The translations under genes were made by a program, and so were the position numbers. Shown here piece by piece: positions 37,480 through 50,678 of a stretch of DNA of 64,000 nt (its first letter is position 1; each line of letters begins with the position of its first letter). Where the stretch lies: the NCBI RefSeq assembly GCF_006345805.1, contig NC_043001.1:90334001-90398000 (forward strand). The letters are read 5' to 3'. The notes under the pieces are model-generated. The model saw only the letters and a list, made by a program, of their open reading frames with translations. It did not search any database and was not told where the DNA came from. This DNA is from Octopus sinensis (taxonomy: Eukaryota).

Positions 37480-38047
37480 AATTTACCGTTAACAGCGGTA
37501 ACACCACCACCATCATCACTACTACCACTGCCAGCGCCACAACTACAACCACCACCGGAGAAGACTGAAAGAACACTGTGTTCTCAATCACAACCACAAC
37601 CAAACTGCATCATTGCCTTCACAAACTACACTCTCTTTACCTTTATGTAACAACCACCATTAACATCCACTCCTGCCACCGCACCCATCACACCATCGAC
37701 ACTAGTTTCATCACTACTACTACTATTACTACTACTACTACTATCATAAACACCACTATCACCATTATCATCATCGTCGTCGTAACCGTCTTCGTGATCT
37801 TGCAGCGCACTATACGAAACATTTACATACATCGTTCTTATGTCAAGTTTACGTTGACCTTAAGAGACGTTGCGCAGACAGTTTATGCTTCGACACACCC
37901 TCCGCACACCCTCACACAAATACGTGTGCATGAATGTGAGCATGCATGTATATGTGTGTGTGTGCGTATATATGTATAGATTCGCGCACGTGTGTGTGAA
38001 TGTATATATGTTTGAGCATATATGTTTGTACATATATGCTTGTACGC

Positions 38048-38106
<59 letters not shown>

Positions 38107-38521
38107 ATATATATATATTATATATATAATATATATATACACATATATATAGATATATATGCATATATATATACAGACACACACACATACATACGCATAT
38201 ATATGTAATATATATAGTGTATATATATATATATATATTATATATATATATATATATATTGCACATGTGTATACACAAGCACAAGCCTACACCTATGTAC
38301 ATTTTGACAGACAAATACAGGCGCATAATGCAAAGTGTATAATTTATTGACAAATATATATAATTTATTACATACACACACACACACATATATACACACA
38401 CACACACACACACCACACACACACACACACACCTATATATATATATATATATATGTATATAAATGTGTGAATGGTATATCTCTCTGTGTCTCTGTATATA
38501 TTTATACGTATGTGTGTGTAT

Positions 38522-38571
<50 letters not shown>

Positions 38572-39004
38572 CCCTCGTCTTTACTTCCTAAATATTAATG
38601 CTCCTATTCGAATGATTACCTGTTGTTATTCTCTATTCTCTATCACATCTGCCACTCCTCCCCCCGAAACCTCACTCCTTCTCTCGTTTTCTCTTCCTCT
38701 TGAATTTTTTCTCTCCATCTCGTATTCTACTTTCACTTTCTATTCTCTCTATTTCTCTTTCTCTCCCTTCTTTCCCTCTTCCCTTTCTATTTCTATCTGA
38801 TCTAATATTTGTCGCATTGAATTTCCATCCTTTTTATTTTTACTTTTTTCTCTTTCCCGTCTCTCATCACTGATCTCTTTATCATTCTCACGCTTTTTAC
38901 ACGATCTCCTCTTAATGAATACTTCTACTGCATTTTATCTTTCTTTCTCATTCTCTTTCTCCACCCTCTTCTTTCTCTCTCACACACAGAGTATCCCCAT
39001 GTCT

Positions 39005-39052
<48 letters not shown>

Positions 39053-39063
39053 ATATATTATAT

Positions 39064-39105
<42 letters not shown>

Positions 39106-39192
39106 TATATACACACATATATATATATACATACATGTATATAAATATGTATATATATATATATATATAGACACACACACACACACACACAC

Positions 39193-39240
<48 letters not shown>
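37480..39240. repeat. Mixed simple-repeat field: (ACT/ACC)n, (TA)n, (CA)n, (CTAT)n
   Basis: Directly visible; source of several spurious ORFs. Confidence 0.9.
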
Positions 39241-39245
<5 letters not shown>

Positions 39246-40269
39246 TTCTCTTTCCCGTCCTTACATTTATCCTTCACTCATTTAAATTCGCATCCATTAT
39301 CAATAAATAAATTCATTTCATTTGGTCAATCAATCTATCAATCGATCAGGTATCATGGTATCGATGTGTATGTATATTCATCAAAAGGCAGCCTTATTTC
39401 TCTACACTCTTAACATTATCTATCCTACGCCCACTCATTCTTACCTACCTGGATAGATCACGACTCAACAGAATTTACATTTTCTCATAATTTAAAACAT
39501 TTCCTCTCTCCCTGTTTCCTCTTTTCTCTATCTCTCTTTCCAACAACATTTTTATTACATTTAAAATTTTAAAAAATTCTCTAATATTACTCCCTACGTC
39601 CTTTTTCAATCAATTCGTTTTTTGTTCGTTGCATTGGGCGGTGGGGTTATATTTACGAGCAGAAACGTTTTCGTTTCAGAGTCGGCTTTCGTTTTACCTT
39701 CATTTTATTTTCATTTCACTTCAAATTTCTCATCTATTCGATCAGCTTTACCGAGAATTTTTATAATAAATCTACCTAAACTAACGTTTCTAAAACTTGT
39801 CTTGTAAATTATAAGTGCTTAACGTCCTCAGACAACATAAAATGCCACACAGACAGAACCAAAATAATAATAATAAGTAATAAGTAATGAAAGACAAAAC
39901 CAATTTGGAAAAATGAAAAACGAATATCGACCCCAAACCAATTCATGTTTTAATATAATAAAACGATTTTCGTATTTTTTTTTCATTTATATTTGGATAG
40001 CTGACTGACAGTTTGAAAGTCTGACTGACTAGCTACATGGTCTGGGTAGATGGGTGACTGGTTGCATAGTATGACCTCTGTAATGTGTGTGTGTGTGTGT
40101 GTGTGTATGTGTGTGTATGTGTGCGTGAACGCTAGAAGGCTTTTTTGTTCTTGAAGTAGGAGAGGAAAGTGGTTCCCCGTTCTAGTCAAGGTGACTTTGT
40201 TTCGTTATCGACTTGAGGTAGTTTTAAATGACCATCAGCGACTGTTTCTACTCAATGACATCAACACTT

Positions 40270-40495
40270 GAAACGCCGCCACTAGTGTTGCTGCTGCGGC
40301 CGCTGCTGCTGCGGATTATCCTGCTGCTGATATTGCAGATGCGCTGGCTACTGCATTGGTTGCAGCTAAAACTGCTTATGCCGCTGCTGTCGCTGCTGCT
40401 GCTGCTGCTGTTGTCGGGTTTTCTAGCTACTATTTCATCCCCTGTTGCTGCTCCTGATGCTGTTATTATAAAGCCTGGTAAACCACTACAACACT

Positions 40496-40536
<41 letters not shown>

Positions 40537-41201
40537 ACACTACTACTAACACTACTACTACTACCACCATTACTACTACTACAACCACTACTACCATCAC
40601 CACCACCACCGCCACCACCACCACCACTACTACTACTACCACTACCACCACCACCACTTCCACCACCAACACTACTACTACTCATTGTTGCTGCTGCTGC
40701 TTCTGTTGCTGCTACTGCTCCTGCTGCTACTACTAGTAGTCCTACTACCGCAACTGTTACTACTATAACTACTACAACATCAATAACAACTACTGCTAAT
40801 GCTACTACTTTTGTTATTGCTGTTGCTGCTGCTGTTGTTGTTGTTGTTGTAGTTGTTGTTAAGCAACAAGACGGATAAGGGTGATTAGGTTATGGTCTAG
40901 GGCTTAGGGGCAGGAGACCCCCAGACCTTGGAAAAAAAAACTTTGGTCGTCTTGTTGTAGTCGAGGGCCTTTCGTTGACACCCGACACCACTGGGGGGTG
41001 GCCTTCGAAGTCGTTGGAAATGGAGATCTCCAGGTCCAAATTCTTGAACGGCTGCTGTTGCTGTCGCGGTACCTGTTGCTGCTACTGCTGTTACATCTAC
41101 TACTGCTGCTGTTGATGAGGATGATGATGATGATGCTACACCACCAACAACGACTGCAACTACATACTACGACGATTACTACAACCTTTACTGAGACAAA
41201 C

Positions 41202-41251
<50 letters not shown>

Positions 41252-41274
41252 TGGTGGTGGTGGTGGTGGTGGTG

Positions 41275-41308
<34 letters not shown>

Positions 41309-42360
41309 CGGCGGTGGTGGTGCTGATAGTGGTGGTGGTTGTGGTGGTGGTATACTTTTGATGGCTTTATTTATAATTTTCAGATTTGTCTTATCTTAAA
41401 AAAAAACAACAAAACATTGTCTCAAGTGATACCACCACCACCATCACCACTACTACCACCACCAAAACGGCGGCGGGTCAGTAGCAGTCGTCATGGTTAC
41501 CTCGGTAATATGCTTGTTGTTTTGAATCGACGGCAATCATATTGGTTTCAAATTTTGGCTCAAGGCCAGCCAAGTTTGGTGGGATGGGGCAGGGGTAAGT
41601 CGATTACATTGACCTCAGTGCTCAGCTGTACTTATTTTATAGATACCGAAAGGATGAAAGGCAAAAATCGACCTCGGCGGGATTCGAAAGCAGAACGCAA
41701 AGACAGACGAAAACGCCGCTAAGCATTTCGCCCGGCGTGCTAACGATTCTGCCAGCTCCAGCAGCAATCATATTAATTGGTTTCTTAGAAATGTAACACG
41801 TTGTCGATCTTTTCTGGTCGATAGGCGAATCGAACTCTACGCATACATAGAAAGGGATAGAAAAAGGCTCGTATCTTAAATGCTTCATCATGCTGCACAG
41901 TGTCAATCTGTAGCCGAAGTACTTAACGCATCTTGCTTAATTCATGTTACTTGCTCAACGTAACTTTTAAGACTCTACTACCATTAAAATATATTACGAC
42001 TCATATATTCAAGCGCTGCCTCAGTAAAAGAACACTACATAAATAACGAGTGCTTTGATATTGGCAGCAGCGACGGTTGCGATGGTGGTGGTGGTGGTGG
42101 TGGTGGTCGTCGTCGTCGTCATCGTTGTCGTCATCATGTTGTGGCCACAGTAGTGTGCTGGTAGTGCTGCTGCTGGTGCTGGTAATGCAGGTGGTGGTAG
42201 TAGTGGAGATGGTGATGGTGATGGTGGTGGTGACGCTGCTGGTGACGCTGCTGGTGACGTAGTGGTTGTAGTGGTGGTGGTGTGGTTTTAGTGATAATAG
42301 TGATGATGGCGGTAGTGGTGATGATGATGGTGGTGGTGGTGTAAGTGGTGTTGTTGATGG
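40270..42360. repeat. Trinucleotide microsatellite mosaic (CTG, CTA, CAC, GTA, GTG, GTT)
   Basis: Directly visible. It explains the poly-L/P/S/G/V ORFs at 40228-41399 and 42001-42363. Confidence 0.9.
41520..41760 (-). mobile_element. SINE family B
   Basis: Reverse-complement B head and core (CCGAAAGGATGAAAGGCAAAA...GCTAACGATTCTGCCAGCTC). Confidence 0.8.
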
Positions 42361-42847
42361 CAAGTGTGCTTAGTCCCAGGCCAGCTCCTGTCCAGCAACC
42401 CTCAAATCCAAAACGTTCAAACTATGAATATGCAACGACATTTATTCCATGCAAGTCATTTTTAAAGTTCTGAGTTCAAATCTCTCCTAGGTCTCAACTT
42501 TGCTTCTCATTCCTTTCCGGGAATTGAGAAAATAAAATACCAGCCAATTTTAGCATTTAACCTTTTATGACGTCAATAGATAACGAAAGAATAAAAAATA
42601 AACAGAAATCCTACGTCACGACATTTAGAAACATCTCTATGTCACGACAATTTGTGAAATTACAAAGGCATTTATTCAGTAGTATGTGGTACTCATGGTT
42701 AAAGGATTTGGTACTAATTCTCAGAAGTAGGTGTTAAGATAGGATTATTAGCAGTATTATAACCAATATAGCAACTAGGTGTTATCTCAAAACTACTATC
42801 AATTTCACAACCGGAATTTCTTTTACCTAAAGCAGCAAAATACATAT

Positions 42848-43071
42848 TTATTTACTACCCACAAGGGGCTAAACACAGAGGGGACAAACAAGGACAGACA
42901 AAGCAATTAAGTCGATTACATCGACCCCAGTGCATAACTGGTACTTATTTAATCGACCCCGAAAGGATGAAAGGCAAAGTTGACCTCGGCGGAATTTGAA
43001 CTCAGAACGTAGCGGCAGACGAAATACCGCTTAGCATTTCGCCCGGCGTGCTAACATTTCTGCCAGCTCGC
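42848..43071 (-). mobile_element. SINE family B, full unit
   Basis: Colinear with array unit 35933-36163. Confidence 0.9.
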
Positions 43072-43074
43072 ATC

Positions 43075-43491
43075 ACAATATAGTTCACGAAAATTTCACA
43101 ATTCACATCGTTGGTTCTACTCGTGTTTACCAATTTTGAGTAGAGATACTGTCTGATTTTACTTTTGTTGTGTGCCACTGTAATTTCAGTCAAATTTCTG
43201 GTGGTTGAATAGGAAAATTTGACTTTACGGTGAAGGAATAATTTCCCATATTTACTTGAAGGTGAAAAATATATTCATATTTCCCCAGTGCAGCAAACAA
43301 TTTCCTAGGAATATTAGTAGTTATATGTGAAGCGAATGGTACATTATACAAGATAATATTCCTTGAATTACTCCTCCCAGTATTTATGTATACGTTTTCT
43401 TTACTATTAACATTATCAACATTAGATGTTCTCTTGTCGTAATGTTTATACTTAAAGTTATACATGCCTATAGACATTATTATTACTTATG

Positions 43492-43532
<41 letters not shown>

Positions 43533-44150
43533 CATACCAACCATATATTTAGTATCTACATAGTTGGATCTATGCTTGTTAATATTAATATTAATATGTT
43601 TATTTTTAATACTTCGTTTTTACCAATTCTATTTGAATCATTATTCTTGCTAATACTTAGCTTACTTAGGTAAGATTACTTGATGTATTTTTTATTAGAC
43701 TTGCTATCAATTTTCACCATATTAAATATCCTATCATTGCCGGGAATTTTATTAGTATTTTGATTCTAGATGCAATAAATTTTGTCCTTACACTCAGCTT
43801 CAAATAATGTATGGTTTCATTTTGTGCAAATACATTCTTAATTTCTGAAAGCCTCAAAATTCCTACTAGACGTATAGATAGTGAAAACAGCGTCGCCCCT
43901 ATATAATCTACCCCTAATTCAGGAAATTCACTATGTATATAGTTAAAAATGTAAATGCCCACTAAATCAGTTACTTGTGCGGAGTCTCTGAACCCCATAG
44001 TAATGTTAAAATAATTAGGTCTATCAGTCTTAGTTCAGTACTTTCCATCGAATTCTGTTATGGTTTTCTTAGTAGCTGGTATTATATCAACTTCACGCTT
44101 GGATAACTCTGAATTCTTCATCCCGAAAATTAAGTTGTAGTGTTGATGGA
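43075..44150 (-). pseudogene. Penelope-like element RT and thumb relic (second lineage)
   Basis: FNITMGFRDSAQVTDLVGIY (FDVTMGSxDGAExxELVGxY-like), frameshifted LYRGD (LYRDD), and RNIILYNVPFASHITTNI (RNIIWFNPPF..V.TNI-like). Confidence 0.7.
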
Positions 44151-45641
44151 TAAATATATTCTATTCAACGCTCCTATGTGGAACTTTATTTACTCCACAT
44201 TTTACGCACAGTTAATTATTCATTCATTCCTTCACTATACAGAAATGAACACGGAAAGGTAAAGGGTTGAAAAGATTTAAAAGTGTTACTTAGGAGCATC
44301 TGTTAAGATTAATAAGAGAAATCGCGAGATATTATGTGGTTGTTCCTAGTAAATAATTATCTATTGACACTTTTACTCAGGTCGTGCTATGATCTTCCAA
44401 TGTTTGAGGGTGTACAGAAGGAGCGATATTTAAAATTTTAACCTGGGATTTAGTTTGCAAGTTTATCAAGATATTCCAGTATAGAATTGCCTTGTGTAAT
44501 GGTTGAATTCTTTGCACCTAAACTCAGCCCGTAACTTTTCGCACTGTTTCTGAATTATCAGCATCTCTTTAGGTTTTGATGCTAAAATGTACTTGAATTT
44601 AAATTCAGTAGCATCTTATTTCAAACTGCATACGTAACCGGAAAGTTTTGTCATATTTTTCTTTTTAAGTACCCACTGCCGTACCTACGTAGTATTTATG
44701 TATTCCATTGAGAATTGATTTAATGGAAGTGATTTCTACTTCAAATGCATTTCCTTCAGCGCTGCGTGACTAATTAAGGATTCAGTATTTATACTTCTGC
44801 ATGTACAGTTAACGTCAATTTAATTTTAGCTTATATGTTAATTTTTACGTATTGTTGCCAGAAATGTCACACAATTTTAGGTTATTTATATGAAGGGTTT
44901 TCTGTGTCGTAGCTTGATTAGAAAATGCTTCATCTATCTAAAACTATGAGTTTGTTTTAGAGATATTACACTTATTGGAAGAGATACAAAGAAGATAATA
45001 TTGCAACGCCTCAATTATTGAAAAGCGTATTGGGTTCATTGGAAGACGTCAAGAAAGGAACTTAATAATTGTCAAAATTAAACATCTTAAACAATACTAA
45101 TAAAACTCCAAGCTATCAAGCAATACAATGGCACCGTTTCTAGACATGGATGTTGAAATTTCGAAGAGGTTCAAGGCAAATGGATGACGTTTACTTCAAC
45201 GATGGAGATGCTTAAAACAAAGATGGACAAGATTATATGTGCTAGACTCGTCAATAACGTCCGTCGTCCTACCTGCGCTCTTATACACAAGTGTAATGTA
45301 GGCTATTACGAAGAGGGAAGAACATCTTGACCTATCACAACTGGATATGTATCTTTATTTTTTACATTTAATTACAGACTTCTTCATTATGATTTATAAT
45401 TTTATATTAGACATTCTATATTTGACATTCTAAGTTTGTTATATATATATGCTAATTTATATTTATAATTTATAATTTTTTAATTCTTAATTTTGTAAAG
45501 TTTATTGTTTTAATTTTTAATTTAACGCTTAATTTTTATGATAATTTAAAATAGCATATTGAAATGCATGTAATACTGAAGAGTGTGTGCCTGATAGATT
45601 TGGAAATTCGTTTTCCCACATTATTCTTATATATATCTATA

Positions 45642-46590
45642 TATATAGGTAACAGTAAAAATATTACAGACATGGACAAGAAAATGAAACACCACAGAGA
45701 CGACACAAGAACCACAGGACGGGACATTCGAAGCCCTCAGTCATCAGTCAAGAACCAGATCATCTTAGCAATTTCGGCTGATTAATCTTGAGATTGCTCC
45801 GATATGGCCAGCCCGCCAAGGGAAATCTAAGCCAAGCGCATTAGATCCCCTGGAAGAAAGCTTCGAATGTATACAACACGAGGACGGAAAACGAACGAAG
45901 TACACGAACAAAAATACAGAATACGTGACACCAATAAGAATACAAAAACGTAAAAAAACAATAACGGTAAAAATAAAAAATAAACAACAAAACAAAACCA
46001 GGACGTAGGACAAGGGTCTTTCGACAGGACGAGTTGAGTATGGGGCTGGCTTGTGAAGTTGTGCCTAATGGCCGCGGGGAGACGAACAAATACGTGTTGC
46101 TTCTGCGACTGCTGAAACGAAAAGAGCGCTCAACAGCGGCTAGCGGTCACGTGAGAACAAAAGACAGGAGAAAGGGACAGATGAAAAGAGAGAGAAGGTG
46201 GACAGGGAGGAGAAGAAAGAGACAGATCGAGGGGGCTGGAGGTGAGAGAGATAGAGAAACGTGGAAGGGGGGGAAGACGGATGGAGAGGGAAAGAAAGGA
46301 AGGGGAATAAGGGAGGAGAGAGAGAGAGAAAGACAGATTAGAGTCGTATCAATGCTAGAGAAAAAATATACTTATCGTATAAGGACAATTGTGGATACGT
46401 AGCCGCCGATTATATAGGTAAACAGTAAAAATAATTACAGACATGGACAAGAACATGAACACCCACAGAGACGACACAAGAACCACAGGACGGGACATTC
46501 GAAGCCCTCAGTCATCAGTCAAGAACCAGATCATCTTAGCAATTTCGGCTGATTAATCTTGAGATTGCTCCGATATGGCCAGCCCGCCAA
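45642..46590 (-). mobile_element. Non-coding element with ~178-bp terminal direct repeats (pseudo-LTR or TRIM-like)
   Basis: 45642-45819 and 46411-46590 are near-identical. The internal region is pyrimidine-rich on minus. (TA)n lies on both flanks. Confidence 0.75.
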
Positions 46591-46689
46591 TATATATATA
46601 TATATATAATAAACATAATGAATTCACAGAAAGATATTACGAATCCAAATGATTGGGTATGTGATATCTTTTAACAGAATTGTATTATT

Positions 46690-47060
46690 CTAGTACCCTT
46701 GACTTCTTGCAGAAATTACTACATTTTCAACTAGAATTTGAAATAAGAATGACAGTCTGCCAAATATTTGACTAGAAAGTAAGACTAAATCACAGATGGC
46801 AAAAGATGTCAACAGTGTAAGATACCATTGACATTTTATGCCGTCAATATATAAACAATTGATGTCGAATGTATAAAGAGAAGTAATCATCTAGGGACTG
46901 AATTACTGGATGTTTCCCTCGTAATGAACTTGAACTACAATAAAAGTAAAAGGAACACCACTGCTTTTTATGTCTAAGAGCGAATTCAGAAGTAACTGGT
47001 ATTTTAAATATTCATATAGTATAGCACCAGGATTGTGTAAACCCATACATAGCAATGAGT
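46690..47060 (-). pseudogene. Possible decayed PLE RT core
   Basis: IAM(G)LHNP after removing a 4-nt duplication, and LYIDGI..W (YIDD-like). Weak. Confidence 0.33.
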
Positions 47061-47102
47061 AAGGACGCGTTCACATCTTCAAATGTCAGAGTCTTACTCC
47101 AT

Positions 47103-47152
47103 ACATCTGAGGATATCGAGGTGGCCTAAACCAACGAAACTTTAAGTAATGT
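47103..47152 (+). ncRNA. Minimal type-I hammerhead motif, core intact, stem II decayed
   Basis: acat CTGAGGA tatcgaggtggcctaaaccaac GAAA ctt-t-aag TA atgt. Stem I is 4 bp plus G-U and two further pairs. Confidence 0.55.
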
Positions 47153-47301
47153 GGGGCTGAGACAGCTACTATTATGTTACATCAGTCAACTGCTATAATA
47201 TATTATACATTTGTATGCATACAACTCTAAAAAAATTGGGTGCAAATTTCTTTATTTGTTCATCCACTCATATGTATGTATGTATGTACATTTTACATGT
47301 G

Positions 47302-47340
<39 letters not shown>

Positions 47341-48300
47341 TGTGTGTGTGTGTGTATGTGTGTGTAGGCGAAAACTTCGTGACAGTGAGTGACTGCTTCA
47401 ATTATGTTAAATATTAACGAGTTAAAGCGAAAAGATGGCAAACAGTTGATTATGAAAAAGAGAATGAAATATTTAATGAAATCTAAATGAAAATGTATTC
47501 CCCGCAGGAAAGTATTTGTACTGTAAACATTTTCAATTTAATGTATATATCAAACGCACAAATATTTTATGATGTTAAGAGAAAGTTTCACAACTGCTAG
47601 CATCTTCAGTACAAAATCCTTGTGCAAATCATCTTTTGCATTCATTAACCTGCTGCTACATCTTGTGACGAAGGCCACAACAGAATTTTCTGGCATTTTA
47701 TTCACATAGTTGTTTACTTTTAAGTATGTCAGCAGTCTTGCTTTGAAGGTTGTTATCAATACGTAGAAAATAGTCGTAACTCTCTGAAGTGTTGCAGTTC
47801 TAAGATGGTTTCATCTTCGCTATTGGGCGAATCAACACATGGAGCAGGGATTTATGCTTCAAACAGTGTAATAAAAGCTGTCTTGCTAATATCTCCTCAA
47901 ACTTCGTAAAACTAATGTTTCTTACAGATTAATTTTACATCGACTACTTTAGCTTTTGAAAATGAAGCCAGTAGATATTTTTAAGTATATGTTTTATCAA
48001 CTATGCGTAGTTTGTAATGGTTCATATGTATTAGTTTCACCAGTAACATACACTTAGCAGGCATTTTTCAGATGATTTATATATGGAAGTGTGCCACTTA
48101 GTTTTTTTACACTGTGGTTAGAATCGTTTCTCATCTTCGCTTTTATTTTAATTTTCAGAAATCGTCTTTCATTCATTTTATTAATATAAATAATGCAAAA
48201 CTGACACTGTTCATTTTTATCTTTTTATGGCAGTGTGGCTTACTCCAATAACTAACAACACTCAGTAGTATCTAATTTGTCCAAATCCAAATACATGAAT

Positions 48301-48686
48301 AAACAAGAGCACTCAGAGAGCACAAACCTCTGCCAAGGCAACACCAACGTCCTCTCAGCGATTAGCCAGAGTGATTTTTAAAATGAGAATATCTGAAATG
48401 AACTCGACTGCTCTCACAAACGAGTATACTAAAAATGAACCCGACCGCTCTCAAAAATTAAGTAAAAAAGAAAAACCCGGGAAAATAATCCAGAATCCTT
48501 GTCCAGTACCGGATCGATCCCAAAATCTAATCGGTTTGTGCCAGTCACGTGGCCAAACATCTCAGAAAGTTTCATGCGAATCCATTCAGCGGTTCTTGAG
48601 ATATCTTGTCCACGGACAAACAAACAAACAAGCAAACAAGCACGACTGAAAACAATACCTCCGCCTTCGCTAAGGCGGAGGCAATA
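48301..48686 (+). mobile_element. Helentron-associated non-autonomous element (HINE/DINE-1-like)
   Basis: 5' AACAAGAGC...ACCTCTGCC subterminal motif, internal GAAAGTTTCATGCGAATCCATTCAGCGGTTCTTGAGATAT block, (ACAA)n tract, and a 3' hairpin CCTCCGCCTT-CGCT-AAGGCGGAGG that also matches the 5' motif. Confidence 0.65.
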
Positions 48687-49152
48687 AATTTGCTTGCTTA
48701 TACTCAGTTCACTCTCTTGACTTCTAATGAACGGCTACGTGAAACAAGTCCTGGCAGTTCATGGTTTTCGGTTCAAAATATAATATACAAAATACCATCA
48801 TTCTGTTTTTGGCTCATCCTGACTATTTAAGAATAAATTCTTTATTCCCCACAAAAGGTACTGACTATATAAGAATGTGGTTAAACCTTGTTTTATCCCA
48901 AATCAGGTAAAATATTTCGCCTAAACATGAAACACAAGTTGTTGTCTTGAATCCATTAAGTTACTGTATAATTCGAAATGTGTGTATTCAGTGTTGAACC
49001 TTATAAACAAATTAGCAACATATATATATATATATGCGTGTGTGTGTGTGTATGCACGTGTATGTGTGTGTATGTATGTATATGTATTTATGTATGTGTG
49101 TACGTATATATGTATGTATATGTACGTATGTATGCATGTATGTTGGTTTGCT

Positions 49153-49520
49153 TGGCACTCCGTCGGTTACGACGACGAGGGTTCCAGTCGATCCGATCAA
49201 CGGAACAGCCTACTCGTGAAATTAATGTGCAAGTGGCTTAGCACTCGAGGCACATGTATCCTTAACGTAGTTCTCGGGGAAGATTCAGCGTGACACAGAC
49301 TGTGACAAGGCTAGCCCTTTGAAATACAGGTACGACAAAAACGGTGAGAGAAAGTTGTGGTGAAACAGTACAGCAGGGTTCGCCACCACCTCTGCCGGAG
49401 TCTCATAGAGCTTTAGGTGCTTTTGATCAATAACCACTCACAACGCCCGTCTAGAAATCGAAACCGTGATCCTACGACAGTGAGTCCGCTGCCCTAACCA
49501 CTGGGCTATTGCGCCTCCAC
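49153..49520 (-). mobile_element. SINE family D head with tail type 3
   Basis: D head at 49520. The middle segment is shared with 54830-54950. Confidence 0.85.
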
Positions 49521-49545
49521 ATGTATGTATAAATATATACATATA

Positions 49546-49603
<58 letters not shown>

Positions 49604-50021
49604 GTAATTGCCAATGAACTTTCAACATAGTTTGACTGTCACGTTTTCTTTTCGTATTTTTTCTTTTTTTTACAATTCTACAACGTTACATATCAAAATA
49701 ACAGAAGTACTTTTATGCTTCTGCAATCTTCAGGTGTATGTAGTGACTGTATTAACAGGTAGTTGTGCTTCACTATTTATAACTGTCAATTATCAGCTGC
49801 GAAGTACAACCGTCGGTAAATAATGCGAATACATAAACTACAAGATTATGGAAAGCATGAAAATACTTCTGTTATTATGAGAGCATATAATGTTATTAAA
49901 AAATTGTTGAAAAATACAAAAATACGTGAAGATAAGGCTATGCTGGATTTTCATTAACTATTTTATTTATAGACAATCATACAAATTCTGCTATATGCGC
50001 GCGCGCGCACATACACACTAA

Positions 50022-50076
<55 letters not shown>

Positions 50077-50625
50077 ATGTGTGTATATTTAGCACGCATT
50101 CACACATTAACTATCAGCATGAGTATATGTTTCTGGGTATGTGTGTGTGTTAGTGTGTGCGTGTGTGTATTGTCCACAAACAAATTTTAACCTAATGAAT
50201 TGTGAGATATAAAGACAAAATGTTTTCATTTATGACTCTCTCTCTCTCTCTTCTCTCTCTCTCACTCTCTCGGTTACGGTTACGGTTACAGAAACATTTA
50301 CATACCTACACATCTATCTAATATATTGTAGTATTATTTATATATATATAAATTCTATATAAATTCCCTACTGGGAATGACCAACTTTAAGAGAATCTTA
50401 CATTGCTTATAAACTTTACATTCGGATGGACTCATATTAAACTCGATTGGACTTTTGGATTTTACTCAAAGGATATTGGAATAATACACATATATACCAT
50501 TATGCCTATAAACGGATTTATGAACTCAGTAACCTACATATCTTACATCTTTTTTCTTTCCACCACCTCACTCTCTATTTTATACACTCGAAACTAACTA
50601 TGTCTTAACTTTTCCTCTCACCACC

Positions 50626-50678
50626 GTCTCCGATGAAGGATATTATTATTATTAATATTCTAGAAACAGCTGTAAGTC
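50626..50678 (+). ncRNA. Minimal type-I hammerhead motif (U4C)
   Basis: gtct CCGATGA aggatattattattattaatattcta GAAA cagctg TA agtc. Stem III is palindromic (CAGCTG); stem I has 1 mismatch. Confidence 0.55.

Noticed and set aside
37860-39310. Many ORFs of YI/HT/CV/MYVC type here and throughout the window
   Set aside because: They are di- and tetranucleotide repeats that lack stop codons.
40490-41350. (ACT/ACC)n and (AGT/GGT)n tracts forming an apparent inverted repeat
   Set aside because: No unique sequence is mirrored; expected by chance at this microsatellite density.
40228-41399. Long ORFs (216, 145 and 133 aa)
   Set aside because: They are translations of trinucleotide microsatellites (poly-L/P/S/G) with no domain signal.
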